Positions 1-9,230 of a DNA stretch of 64,000 bases are shown here, one piece after another. Source of the stretch: an uncultured Verrucomicrobiae bacterium (GTDB lineage Bacteria > Verrucomicrobiota > Verrucomicrobiia > Chthoniobacterales > JAFAMB01); contig CAVXLD010000003.1 of the NCBI GenBank assembly GCA_963762565.1, positions 896,001 through 960,000 on the forward strand, written 5' to 3'. The notes under the pieces were generated by a model that saw only the letters and a program-made list of their open reading frames with translations, was not told where the DNA came from and did not search any database. Positions within the stretch are counted from its first letter, which is position 1. Each line of letters begins with the position of its first letter. Position numbers and translations under genes: made by a program.

Positions 1-170
1 GTAACCGGAGAAAATGGTCTCAATCGATCAGCACCGCGACCCAAGCCCAGAACCACATCTGCGTAAATCTGTGTTCATCTGCGGTTGAGGTTTTTTGTTC
101 GGGTTTATTTCGTGTCCTTTCGCGGTTTTTCTTTTTTTTTGCGCTCTTTGCGTTCTTTACCGCCACCTCC

Positions 171-309
171 GGTTACCTGGAGACGGATCGTCCTGAAAAA
201 TGTTGCTTTCTATCAACGGTTTGGTTTCGAACTGACGCATGAGATTCCGATACTCGGAACCCCGAACTTTTTGATGCGAAAGCCCGCTCGCACAGTAGCT
301 GCAATGTAG
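171..309 (+). pseudogene. C-terminal remnant of a GNAT acetyltransferase with a +1 frameshift
   Basis: Removing one A from the A-run near 196-200 gives GYLETDRPENVAFYQRFGFELTHEIPILG, a typical GNAT C-terminal motif. The sequence upstream is repeat DNA, not coding. Confidence 0.6.
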
Positions 310-333
310 AATCTACAAAAAATTTGGATCCGG

Positions 334-360
334 TGTCCAAATCCGCGGGTCCCGTTCGTC
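334..360 (+). promoter_or_regulatory. Putative ECF-sigma promoter (TGTCC-N14-CGTTCGTC, ECF41/42/56-like)
   Basis: Lies 58 nt before the VOC gene. The same motif with the same spacing occurs before doxX (56944-56970, minus). Confidence 0.55.
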
Positions 361-418
361 ATCTCATCGAAACCGCAACCTGGTTATCAACCCAACAACC
401 CAATACCAAAAGAAAACC

Positions 419-892
419 ATGACGACGAAAGTAAACCCGATCCCGGAAGGCTCCCACACGATCACGCCCCACCTTTGTGTGAAAGACGCGGCGCAGGCCA
501 TCGAATTCTATAAGAAGGCCTTTAGCGCGGAAGAGCTTTGCCGGGTTCCTTCACCGGATGGCAGCACTCTTATACATGCTGCAATCAAAATCGGTGATTC
601 AATTCTCTTCCTATACGATGAGGTCCCGCAGATGGGTGCTCTCGGCCCGAAGAGCATTGGTGGAAGCCCCGTCCGGATCCATCTCTATGTCGCAGACGTA
701 GATAGCCTGTACGATCAGGCAGTGAAAGCCGGCGCCGAAGTGGGGATGCCCCTAGAAAATCAACCGTGGGGCGACCGCTACGGAACGCTCACCGATCCGT
801 TCGGACATAGCTGGGGATTAGCGTCTCACGTCGAGGATGTATCCTTCGAGGAGATGCGCCAGCGCTTCGAAGCGGCCTGCGCGGCGCGCTAA
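419..892 (+). CDS. VOC/glyoxalase-bleomycin resistance family protein (PhnB-like)
   Basis: TPHLCVKDAAQAIEFYKKAF, HAAIKIGDS and PWGDRYGTLTDPFGHSW motifs. Confidence 0.93.
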   Translation: MTTKVNPIPEGSHTITPHLCVKDAAQAIEFYKKAFSAEELCRVPSPDGSTLIHAAIKIGDSILFLYDEVPQMGALGPKSIGGSPVRIHLYVADVDSLYDQAVKAGAEVGMPLENQPWGDRYGTLTDPFGHSWGLASHVEDVSFEEMRQRFEAACAAR

Positions 893-901
893 TACGGCGC
901 G

Positions 902-1313
902 CCAGGAGCTAGGAGCTAGATCTAGGAGCTAGGAGGGACGCAGCGGCGGGTATCGTCCTCGTTCTCGTCGTCGTCCTCGAAATCGGCTCTATCGCTTGTT
1001 TGGAACTGAGACCGCGCCATGCCCAATGGCGCGGTAGAGCTATTTCAAGGCAGTCCCGTTTATGCATCTCTGCGGGCTACGGCTTTCGCGACCCGCAACG
1101 GGGTAGCCGGCCCAGGGGACTCCATACCTTCAAAATCGAGGACAGCCTGTCCGACGAAGCCCACGCTCTATTTTGCCAACCGCTCGAAGTCGGCCTCGCA
1201 AGCGAGGCGCGCTCCACAACCAGGAACTTAGCGAAGTCGGAAGGACGACGACGAGAACGATTACGAAGTGCTAGCACGCGCTTACTAGCTCCTAGATTCT
1301 AAATTCTAGCTCC
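902..1313. repeat. Nested inverted-repeat cassette (CTAGGAG heptamers > TCGTCGTCCTC arms > REP)
   Basis: Heptamer arms at 902-934 and 1285-1313; tcgttctcgtcgtcgtcct at ~959-977 pairs with aggacgacgacgagaacga at ~1242-1260; a REP-A copy at 1190-1217. Confidence 0.75.
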
Positions 1314-1505
1314 CCTCTCAGCGACAAACGGTCGATCTTCCACCACACCCAGCCGCACGGACTCGAAAAACTGTCGCTGAAACTCACTCAGCGTCCTGTT
1401 CTTCCAACGTTTCCGGAGCACCAGATAAATGCAGATCTCGCGCAGCTTGGCGAACAATGGGATATGCCGGATGGCGTCGCCAAGATTGGATTCCTGTTGG
1501 TAGGC
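1299..1505 (-). pseudogene. C-terminal remnant of an APH/homoserine-kinase-II-like phosphotransferase
   Basis: Minus frame reads AYQQESNLGDAIRHIPLFAKLREICIYLVLRKRW...RLGVVEDRPFV. It has no start codon and its 5' end abuts a REP at 1507-1560. Confidence 0.5.
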
Positions 1506-1605
1506 CGTTCGGGAGCCCGCCTACGCCAAGCCTACGGCGCGGCAGGCCCTCGCCCCACCAAAGAGGCAGCGACGCTCGGGAGATTTGCTGTTTGCTATTT
1601 ATCTA

Positions 1606-1632
1606 CTAATACGTATCACTAATACGTATTAG
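1606..1632. promoter_or_regulatory. Tandem LacI-type operators
   Basis: Perfect palindrome CTAATACGTATTAG (1619-1632) with central CG, plus near-copy CTAATACGTATCAC (1606-1619), just upstream of a LacI-family gene. Confidence 0.75.
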
Positions 1633-1689
1633 CGCCGTTTTGGACTGATTACTGACCCACTGCTTACTGCTTACTGATCACTTCCCCCC

Positions 1690-2691
1690 GTGCGTCCTAC
1701 CCAGAAAGACATCGCTAAACTCGCTCAGGTCTCTCAAGCGACCGTTTCCCTCGTTCTCAACCGGGTCAGCGATGCGTCCGTACCACCCGTTACCCAACAA
1801 AAAGTCCTTCGCGCCGCGAAGAGGCTCGGCTATGTCCCCAACCGCGTCGCTCAAAGTTTGCGTACCCAGCGGACAAAGACCGTTGCTTGTATCGTCCCCG
1901 ATATCACCAACCCATTCTACCCGGCTCTCGAGCGCGGCGCCCAAAAGAGCGCTGAAACCAACGGGTATGACGTACTCATCTACAACACCGATGGGCTCCC
2001 GGCTAAGGAACACAAATGCCTCGACCGCCTGTTAGAAGGACGGGTTGACGGTGTGATTGGGGTTTTCTTTCATCTTACCGCCCGCGATCTGCGTCCGCTG
2101 CTCGACCGTAGAATCGCCCTGGTCAGGATCGAAGCGAACCCGAAAAAGATTGGGCCTTGGCCTCTGGATAATCTTTTTGTCGATAATGCAGCCGGCGCCA
2201 AAGCGGGCACCCAATACCTCATCAAAGGCGGCCATCGCCGGATCGCTATGATCGCGGGTAGCGGCGGACCGGAACGGAACCGGGTCAGCGGTTATCTACA
2301 AGCGCTGGATGAAGCCGGTCTAAAACCGCAGCTGGTCAGCCGTGGCGATTTCAATGAAGAGAGCGGCTACCGCTCCACCAAACAAATTCTTTCGGCCGCC
2401 ACCCGTCCGACGGCCATCTTTGCCGGGAACGATCTGATGGCTTTCGGCGCAATGGCCGCCATCCGGGAAGCGAAACTGACCATCCCAAAAGACATCGCCC
2501 TTCTGGGGTTCGACGATATTTTCACCGCTCGCTTTGTTACGCCTACTCTTTCGACCATTAGCCAGTTCCAATACGAACTGGGCCGGGTCGCCGCCGAAAT
2601 GGTGCTCGAACGAATCGATCAATTACCGCCCGGCACTCCCGGCCGCCAACGCGAGATGCCATTCGAAGTCGTAAAACGCCAATCCGCTTAA
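1690..2691 (+). CDS. LacI family transcriptional regulator
   Basis: HTH TQKDIAKLAQVSQATVSLVLN, hinge LGYVPNRVAQSL, and GFDD...PTLSTI. Confidence 0.96.
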   Translation: MRPTQKDIAKLAQVSQATVSLVLNRVSDASVPPVTQQKVLRAAKRLGYVPNRVAQSLRTQRTKTVACIVPDITNPFYPALERGAQKSAETNGYDVLIYNTDGLPAKEHKCLDRLLEGRVDGVIGVFFHLTARDLRPLLDRRIALVRIEANPKKIGPWPLDNLFVDNAAGAKAGTQYLIKGGHRRIAMIAGSGGPERNRVSGYLQALDEAGLKPQLVSRGDFNEESGYRSTKQILSAATRPTAIFAGNDLMAFGAMAAIREAKLTIPKDIALLGFDDIFTARFVTPTLSTISQFQYELGRVAAEMVLERIDQLPPGTPGRQREMPFEVVKRQSA

Positions 2692-2728
2692 CCAATTTCT
2701 CCCCAAGCCCCCAACCCAGAAAGCCCCG

Positions 2729-4246
2729 ATGAACAAAACGTCCTCTAACCAAGGCGCCCTAGAACCCGGAAATAATATCCGCAGATTACACAGATTACGC
2801 AGATTACGTTCAATGGCCGAACACTGCGCCCGAGAAAGCAATATCGTTCCCTCGGTTACCGGCTTCTTTACCCGTACACTTAGCCTCACCAAGAACCGAA
2901 ATCTGCGTAATCTGCGTAATCTGCGGATAATACCTAATCTGTGGTTCGTGGGCGGAGCGGTTGCCGCGATTACGCTGTCCACTGTCGCCAACGCCGATGG
3001 ACCCATCAGTCTGTGGTATCAACGCGGCGGAAACCCGGACCAACAACGGATCATGCAAAAGGATTTGGTTGCGCCGTTTAACGCGGCCCATCCAACGACT
3101 CCGCTTACCCTCGATGTTCTAGCCGGCGGAACTGGCGACAAAAAGATCAGGATGGCGGTGATCTCAGGTAAAGGGCCCGACATCATAATGACTCCCGGCC
3201 CGAGCACCACTCTAGCACTGGTACAGTCAGGGCATCTTTTACCGCTCGATGACTACATCAAGAAATACAATCTCGATAAACGGATACTGACTCCGGTGCT
3301 TCGGACGGGGGAATATCAAGGCCATAACTACGCCTTACCGCGCACGTTCGAGACCATGGTCCTCTACTATAATAAGACCTTGTTCGATAAGAACGGTTGG
3401 GCGCCGCCGAAAACCATAGCTGAGCTCAACACCATCGGAGAAGCGTTACTCGCAAAAGGGATTACGCCGTTCTCAGTCGGAAACGGCGATTGGCGGGCTG
3501 CTAACGAATGGCATGTGACGGTTGTGCTCAATCACTACGCTGGACCCGAGAACATCTATAAAGCGTTGAAGGGCGAGATTCCCTGGACAGATCCAGTGTT
3601 TGCCGGGGCGATCGATGTGCTCAAGGACTGGTACCAGAAAGGTTGGTTCGGCAAAAACTATTTCTCTCTTACGGGCGACCAACAAGCGTTGCTGCTGGCC
3701 AAGGGCGAAGCGGGTATGGCGCCGAACGGTACGTTCTCGTTCGATAATATGGTAGCCGCATTCAAGCAGACCGGCCAAGAACTTGGAGTTGCTCCCTTCC
3801 CCAGCCTGCGGGATGGGGTGCCCTATCCGCTGTACGCCATCGGTACCGGTAGTACCATGTCGATCAACAAAGACTCAGCTAACCCCGACGCCGCCGCTGC
3901 TTTTCTCGATTATCTTTATTCCGACGCTTTCTATGATCGGATCAGCAAAGATTGGCCGGGTGACTGGAATCTGCCTCTGACCTCGATCGACGAAGCCAAA
4001 CTGACAAAGAATGTTTCCCCGATTTTCGCCAAAACGTTCACGGCATTTTCCAAAGCCGTCGCCGAGGGCAACTACGGCTATACCACCTGGACTTTCTGGC
4101 CGCCGGCTACCGAGGATTACTTGATCCACGGAATCGAACAGGTCTGGCTAAACCAAGTCACAACCGCCGATTACTTGAAGAAGATGGAAGAGATATTCGC
4201 CAAGGAGTTAGCCGAGGGCAAGGTCCCGCCTCCTGCGCCAAGATGA
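2729..4246 (+). CDS. ABC transporter sugar-type substrate-binding protein (start uncertain; N-terminus contains a repeat element)
   Basis: GPDII, LLPLDDY and LYYNKTLFDK motifs; h-region FVGGAVAAITLSTVANA; followed by two permease genes. Confidence 0.9.
   Translation: MNKTSSNQGALEPGNNIRRLHRLRRLRSMAEHCARESNIVPSVTGFFTRTLSLTKNRNLRNLRNLRIIPNLWFVGGAVAAITLSTVANADGPISLWYQRGGNPDQQRIMQKDLVAPFNAAHPTTPLTLDVLAGGTGDKKIRMAVISGKGPDIIMTPGPSTTLALVQSGHLLPLDDYIKKYNLDKRILTPVLRTGEYQGHNYALPRTFETMVLYYNKTLFDKNGWAPPKTIAELNTIGEALLAKGITPFSVGNGDWRAANEWHVTVVLNHYAGPENIYKALKGEIPWTDPVFAGAIDVLKDWYQKGWFGKNYFSLTGDQQALLLAKGEAGMAPNGTFSFDNMVAAFKQTGQELGVAPFPSLRDGVPYPLYAIGTGSTMSINKDSANPDAAAAFLDYLYSDAFYDRISKDWPGDWNLPLTSIDEAKLTKNVSPIFAKTFTAFSKAVAEGNYGYTTWTFWPPATEDYLIHGIEQVWLNQVTTADYLKKMEEIFAKELAEGKVPPPAPR
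2776..2929. repeat. CAGATTACG nonamer inverted-repeat element inside the binding-protein 5' region
   Basis: ccgcagattacacagattacgcagatt ... aatctgcgtaatctgcgtaatctgcgg. Confidence 0.85.
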
Positions 4247-4530
4247 ACCGCAGATTACGCAGATGAAGGTGTGATCCGCAGATTACAGAAGGTTTAATAT
4301 CCGCAGATTACGCAGATTACGCAGATTACGGTTTAGGTACTGATGTCGTCAGCTAGATAAACAAATCAGGTGTCCGGGCGCGATCTTGCTGGTCCTTTGA
4401 GGACAGACACCGACTCGGAAAAACCCACGATTCATTTCGCTCATCGGTGTGGCCCGGCTACGACGCGTAAATCTGCGTAATCTGCGTAATCTGCGGATAT
4501 TAACTTCTCTGTATAATCTGTGGATCCATT
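4247..4530. repeat. CAGATTACG nonamer inverted-repeat element
   Basis: Left arms 4247-4330 and right arms 4471-4530. Related arms at 57-86 and 6695-6715. Confidence 0.85.
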
Positions 4531-4550
4531 TAGAATGTTAACCTGATCGT

Positions 4551-5468
4551 ATGGCCGTTGCTGTCTCCCGCGCTCAACCTATTCGTGTCAATTCGCGTCC
4601 ATTCGCGGTTCGGTTCTGCAATTCTGCGGTACCGTTCTTGTTACCGGCGCTCATTATTAACGCGGCGATCATTTTGATCCCGGGACTGCTGACGATCGCC
4701 ATGGCGTTTTGCGAATGGGACGGCGCAACCGCGCCGTCATTTGTGGGCCTGGATAATTTCCGCGCGATTTTCGCCGATCCGGTTTTCTTTTCCGCCCTGT
4801 CTAACAACATCAAATGGACGCTCATCTTTCTCACGATCCCGATCGTTATGGGGCTGGGCGCAGGCTCACTGTTATTAGTTGTAAAACGTGGGCGCAACTT
4901 TTTTCAGGTCGTTTATTTCCTACCGGTGATTATCGCCACGGTGGTGGTAGCGCGGGTCTGGCAAGGGATGATCTATAACCCGGAATCAGGGATAGTCGGG
5001 TGGTTAAAGGTTTACGGACTTAACCTAGCCGATCCGCTGACCCAACCGCCCACCGCTCTGTATGCCGTAGCCTCCGTCGATCTTTGGCATTGGTGGGGAT
5101 TCCTGGCCGTGATTTTCTTGGCCGCATTTCGTCAGGTCGATGCTGCCCAGATTGAAGCAGCAGTGATCGATGGAGCCGGCTTCTTTCAACTGCTTCGATT
5201 TGTCTTAATCCCCGCTATCCGGCCTACTATCACTTTAATGATGATCATGACCATCATCTGGTCATTCCTGGCATTCGACTTCGTCTATGTCTTAACTCAG
5301 GGTGGCCCGGCCTATGCCAGTGAAGTGCTTTCCACGCTCTCCTATCGATACGCATTTTATAATTACACCATGGGACCGGCCGCTGCGGTGGCGCTGGTCA
5401 TCAGTTTCTTCGGCTTGGTCGCCACGTTCTTCTACGTCCGCATCCAACAGAAGGAAGGACTGCAATGA
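4551..5468 (+). CDS. Carbohydrate ABC transporter permease (MalF/UgpA-type)
   Basis: FVGLDNF, EAA loop [20 protein letters not shown]; multiple TM segments. Confidence 0.95.
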   Translation: MAVAVSRAQPIRVNSRPFAVRFCNSAVPFLLPALIINAAIILIPGLLTIAMAFCEWDGATAPSFVGLDNFRAIFADPVFFSALSNNIKWTLIFLTIPIVMGLGAGSLLLVVKRGRNFFQVVYFLPVIIATVVVARVWQGMIYNPESGIVGWLKVYGLNLADPLTQPPTALYAVASVDLWHWWGFLAVIFLAAFRQVDAAQIEAAVIDGAGFFQLLRFVLIPAIRPTITLMMIMTIIWSFLAFDFVYVLTQGGPAYASEVLSTLSYRYAFYNYTMGPAAAVALVISFFGLVATFFYVRIQQKEGLQ

Positions 5469-5484
5469 ACGAAAAGGCAAAGTT

Positions 5485-5759
5485 TACCACAGAGACACAG
5501 AGTACACGGATCTTAGAAGGCAAAGGGTCCCTTAAATCATGGCCTCCAAGTTTTACGTCTCTTTGTAGTGCGCCAATACGAACGTTCTTACAGAAGATCA
5601 CAAAGGCCACAAAGAGAGGAACAGATCAGACTAGCCAACACCTTATCTGTCTTCGTGATCTTTGTGCGCTTCTGTTGGATATCCGTAAATCTCTGTTTTT
5701 TACTCTCTGTGTCTCTGTGGTGAATATTTTTTCAGTAAACTCTGTGTCTCTGTGGTGAA
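5485..5759. repeat. Nested ACCACAGAGACACAGAG / AAGATCACAAAG inverted-repeat element between the permeases
   Basis: accacagagacacagag at 5485 pairs with ctctgtgtctctgtggt at 5704 and 5740; an inner arm pair at ~5590 and ~5651. Confidence 0.8.
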
Positions 5760-6593
5760 ATGAATCAGCATCTTGGACGCGGCACATTGTTAGCCTCTTA
5801 TTTCATCTTAGCGGTTGCGGCCGTGATCGCCCTTTTCCCGCTCTCGCTAATGCTGATCAGTTCGCTAAAGAAGAGCACCGAAATTGTGGCAAATCCGCTC
5901 GCACTTCCTAACACGTTGCAATGGATAAACTTCACTCGTGCCTGGACCGATGCCCAACTGGGGCGATCCCTCTTAAATAGCGCAGAAACTACCGGCTTTG
6001 CTGTCCTTCTGATCTGTTCCACTTGCTCACTCGCCGCGTACGCGCTGGCCCGCCGCGTCGGACCCGGATTACGTTGGGTGAGCGCCTATTTTCTCGGAAC
6101 GACTACCCTACCCATCCAGCTCTATTTATTCCCCCTTTATTTCGGGTTCGCCCACCTCGGCCTTATCGACAACGTGTTCGCTCTTTCTTTTGTTTATACC
6201 GCTGTCTTTAGCCCCTTCGCTATCTTTCTCCTACGTACGTACTTTCTCGCCATCCCCAAGGAACTCGAAGAAGCCGCGGTTATCGACGGCGCTAACCGTT
6301 GGCAGGTGTTTACCCGGGTGTTGCTCCCCTTAGTTTCACCCGGCATCCTGACGGTCGCATTAATTTCCGGATTGAACATCTGGAACGAATTCCTGATTTC
6401 TTCAACCTTCCTGCAAAGCCATGATCAACAGACCGCTGTAGTCCGGTTCTATACTCTCGGTGGCCAATACAGCAGCGATTGGGGAGAGATTATGGCCGCT
6501 GCGATCATCATCGTTGCTCCAGCCGTCGCCTTCTTCCTTCTCTTGCAACGCCGCTTCATCCAAGGCATGGCCGCCGGCTCGGTCAAAGGCTAA
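5760..6593 (+). CDS. Carbohydrate ABC transporter permease (MalG/UgpE-type)
   Basis: [18 protein letters not shown] and [15 protein letters not shown] motifs. Confidence 0.95.
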   Translation: MNQHLGRGTLLASYFILAVAAVIALFPLSLMLISSLKKSTEIVANPLALPNTLQWINFTRAWTDAQLGRSLLNSAETTGFAVLLICSTCSLAAYALARRVGPGLRWVSAYFLGTTTLPIQLYLFPLYFGFAHLGLIDNVFALSFVYTAVFSPFAIFLLRTYFLAIPKELEEAAVIDGANRWQVFTRVLLPLVSPGILTVALISGLNIWNEFLISSTFLQSHDQQTAVVRFYTLGGQYSSDWGEIMAAAIIIVAPAVAFFLLLQRRFIQGMAAGSVKG

Positions 6594-6852
6594 CCGCGAA
6601 TGAATCCGACTTCGCCAAACCCTGACCTAACCACACTGTCGAGCGCATGCTTCGTCGGACAGGCTACGAATAGACGCGAAACCAAAAAAATCTAAACCGC
6701 AGATGTACGCAGATTTCTATGAAGACAAAATCCGCCACAGAAGATCACAAAGGTCATAAAGAAGGAATTAGGTTTAATCAGGCTCTGAAATCCTATCTTT
6801 GTGATCTTCTGTTGGTTCCACTCCCGAACTCCTGAACTCCTACCTTCTTCCG

Positions 6853-9201
6853 ATGTCTCCTTCTGATTATCTCGAACGCGTTTACGCCGGTGTACTCGGC
6901 AAGATCATTGGCGTTTATCTCGGACGGCCGTTTGAAGGGTGGAAGCACCAACGGATTTTGTCGGAGCTTGGGGAGATCTGGGATTACCAACATGAACGGT
7001 TGGGTGTGCCATTGGTAGTCGCTGATGACGATATTTCTGGCACATTTACTTTTTTGCGTGCGTTACCGGACCACGGTGGCAGCGCTGAGCTGACCGCCGC
7101 ACAGATCGGTCAAGCCTGGCTCAACTATATTGTCGAGAACCGGAGTATCCTCTGGTGGGGCGGTATGGGTAACTCGACGGAGCACACCGCTTTTCTGAGA
7201 TTAAAGGGCGGAATTTCGGCGCCGAAAAGCGGTGCGATTGCCACCAACGGTAAGACCGTGGCTGAACAGATTGGCGCCCAGATCTTTATTGATGGTTGGG
7301 CTTTAGTCGCTCCCGGCAACCCGCGCTTGGCCGCAGAGCTCGCTGGGAAAGCAGGTTCAGTGAGCCATGACGGTGAAGCGGTTTATGCAGCTCAGTTAGT
7401 GGCAGCGATGGAAGCACAAGCCTTCGTAGAACCCAGCATCGATCAGCTGATCGAGACCGGCCTAAAATATCTTCCGTCCAACTGTTTGATTGCCCAATTA
7501 GTAAACGATGTCCGTAATTGGCATCGGGAGGATGGTGATTGGAGAGTAACCCGGGGACGGATCGAACAAAAATACGGGTACGATAAGTTTCCCGGTAACT
7601 GTCACGTAGTTCCCAACCATGCGATCATCATCCTGAGTTTGCTTTATTCTGAGGATAATTTTGGTCGGGCCCTCATGATCGCGAACACATCTGGTTGGGA
7701 CACCGACTGTAACTCGGGTAACGTCGGCTGTCTGATCGGTATAAAGAACGGGTTAGCCGGGATCGACCCAAAACTGCGTGAAGCCGTTGCCGACCGTCTC
7801 TATCTGTCTACCGCCGATGGCGGCCGCTGTATTACGGATGCGGTTCGTGAGACGTATGAGATCTGCCGTATGGCAGATCGACTCGGCCAAGCGCCCTCCA
7901 TCCCGAGTCCCAAGAACGGCGCTCGTTTTCATTTCTCGCTCCCCGGTTCTGTTCAGGGCTTCCAATGTGGAGCGCGCCTCGCTTGCGAGGCCGACTCGGT
8001 CGGAACCGATTCCGTCGGGGCGGCAACCGCCCGCCTTGAGAACGTCGCGCTGACAGATACTGGTGTCTCTTCTATCGGCCTCGCAAGCGAGGCGCGCTCC
8101 ACGGGTGTCTCTTCTATCGGCCTCGCAAGCGAGGCGCGCTCCACGGGTGTCTCTTCTATCGGCCGCGCAAGCGAGGCACGCTCCACGGGTGTCTCTTCTA
8201 TCGGCCTCGCAAGCGAGGCACGCTCCACGGGTGTCTCTTCTATCGGCCTCGCAAGCGAGGCGCGCTCCACGGAGGCCGCTGCACGGGTGCTCGCCCTCGA
8301 TTTTAATCTTTCGCCGGGCGGTCCTCCAGCCACCATCGCGACTCCAACCTTCATCCCGCCTGATTCAAAAGATGCCAGTCACTATTGTTTGATGGCGTGC
8401 CCGACGCTTCACCCAGGAAACATTGTCACGGGTCGCGTGATCGCTGACCTTGCAAATTCGCGCCCGATCCGTGTCACTCCGTTCGTGACCTACTATGGAA
8501 ACAACGACGAGTTGAACGATCACCATGGTCCGTCGTTCACTCTCGACTTTGGCCGCACCCAAGATTTCCAATGGCAGATCGAAGACCTGGACGGTGCACC
8601 TATAGCCCAGTTCGGACTTGAGGTTAGCGCCGACGGCGCCGCTAAAGGCCGCTTATTCATCGATTACATCGACTGGTCAGGAACACCCACAACCACGTTT
8701 CGACGTCCAACGAGCAACAGCAAAATGTGGCTCCGTGCCTGGGTCAATGCCGTCGATCATGCCGGCACCCGCTGGGCATCAGCATTTCATCTCTCTCAAA
8801 ACAGCGGGACCGGCCTGCTCATTCAAGGCTCACGCGATTGGCAAAACTATGCCGTTCAATCCGCGATTATTTCGGACCCGGCCCAATCCTTTGGACTAGC
8901 CGCCCGGGTCCAAGGGTTATCTAGATACTACGCCCTCTTACTTGGCCCGAACCAGATATTGCGCCTAGTCCGGAATTACGATGGGATCGAGGTGTTAGCA
9001 GAGGTTCCGTATAGCTGGCGCTGGTCAGAGCGATATCAGTTCAATCTTGCGGTGAACGGAACTGAGATCGTAGGTTCCCTGAGTGGAACTCCATTAATTC
9101 GCTACAACGACACCGGTTCAGCCCTCCTCGATGGCGGAGTCGCCTTGGTGTGCGAAGAGGGCTTGATCATGACCGACGAAGTCACCGTTACCGGAGCTTA
9201 A
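6853..9201 (+). CDS. ADP-ribosylglycohydrolase family protein with C-terminal beta-domains and an in-frame repeat insertion
   Basis: YLERVYAGVLGKIIGVYLGRPFEG, ADDD and SGWDTDCNSGNVG acidic metal-binding motifs. Confidence 0.9.
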   Translation: MSPSDYLERVYAGVLGKIIGVYLGRPFEGWKHQRILSELGEIWDYQHERLGVPLVVADDDISGTFTFLRALPDHGGSAELTAAQIGQAWLNYIVENRSILWWGGMGNSTEHTAFLRLKGGISAPKSGAIATNGKTVAEQIGAQIFIDGWALVAPGNPRLAAELAGKAGSVSHDGEAVYAAQLVAAMEAQAFVEPSIDQLIETGLKYLPSNCLIAQLVNDVRNWHREDGDWRVTRGRIEQKYGYDKFPGNCHVVPNHAIIILSLLYSEDNFGRALMIANTSGWDTDCNSGNVGCLIGIKNGLAGIDPKLREAVADRLYLSTADGGRCITDAVRETYEICRMADRLGQAPSIPSPKNGARFHFSLPGSVQGFQCGARLACEADSVGTDSVGAATARLENVALTDTGVSSIGLASEARSTGVSSIGLASEARSTGVSSIGRASEARSTGVSSIGLASEARSTGVSSIGLASEARSTEAAARVLALDFNLSPGGPPATIATPTFIPPDSKDASHYCLMACPTLHPGNIVTGRVIADLANSRPIRVTPFVTYYGNNDELNDHHGPSFTLDFGRTQDFQWQIEDLDGAPIAQFGLEVSADGAAKGRLFIDYIDWSGTPTTTFRRPTSNSKMWLRAWVNAVDHAGTRWASAFHLSQNSGTGLLIQGSRDWQNYAVQSAIISDPAQSFGLAARVQGLSRYYALLLGPNQILRLVRNYDGIEVLAEVPYSWRWSERYQFNLAVNGTEIVGSLSGTPLIRYNDTGSALLDGGVALVCEEGLIMTDEVTVTGA
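7967..8271. repeat. REP-A element: one inverted copy plus 5x42-bp tandem array within the CDS
   Basis: gtggagcgcgcctcgcttgcgaggccga at 7967-7994; (ggtgtctcttctatcggcctcgcaagcgaggcgcgctccacg)x5 at 8062-8271. Confidence 0.95.
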
Positions 9202-9230
9202 GGATGTAGCTAATCAGGCGCTTCGGGCAC

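Noticed and set aside
1000..1302. Short ORFs over repeat DNA (also 11742-11978, 13667-13990, 16033-16485, 19925-20263, 25845-26406, 27749-28128, 57093-57417, 62787-63470)
   Set aside because: Their translations are repeat-derived (e.g. LASEARS, LCAFASLRE) and have no independent coding signal.
8062..8271. Possible CRISPR array
   Set aside because: Identical linkers, inside an open CDS; it is a tandem repeat.
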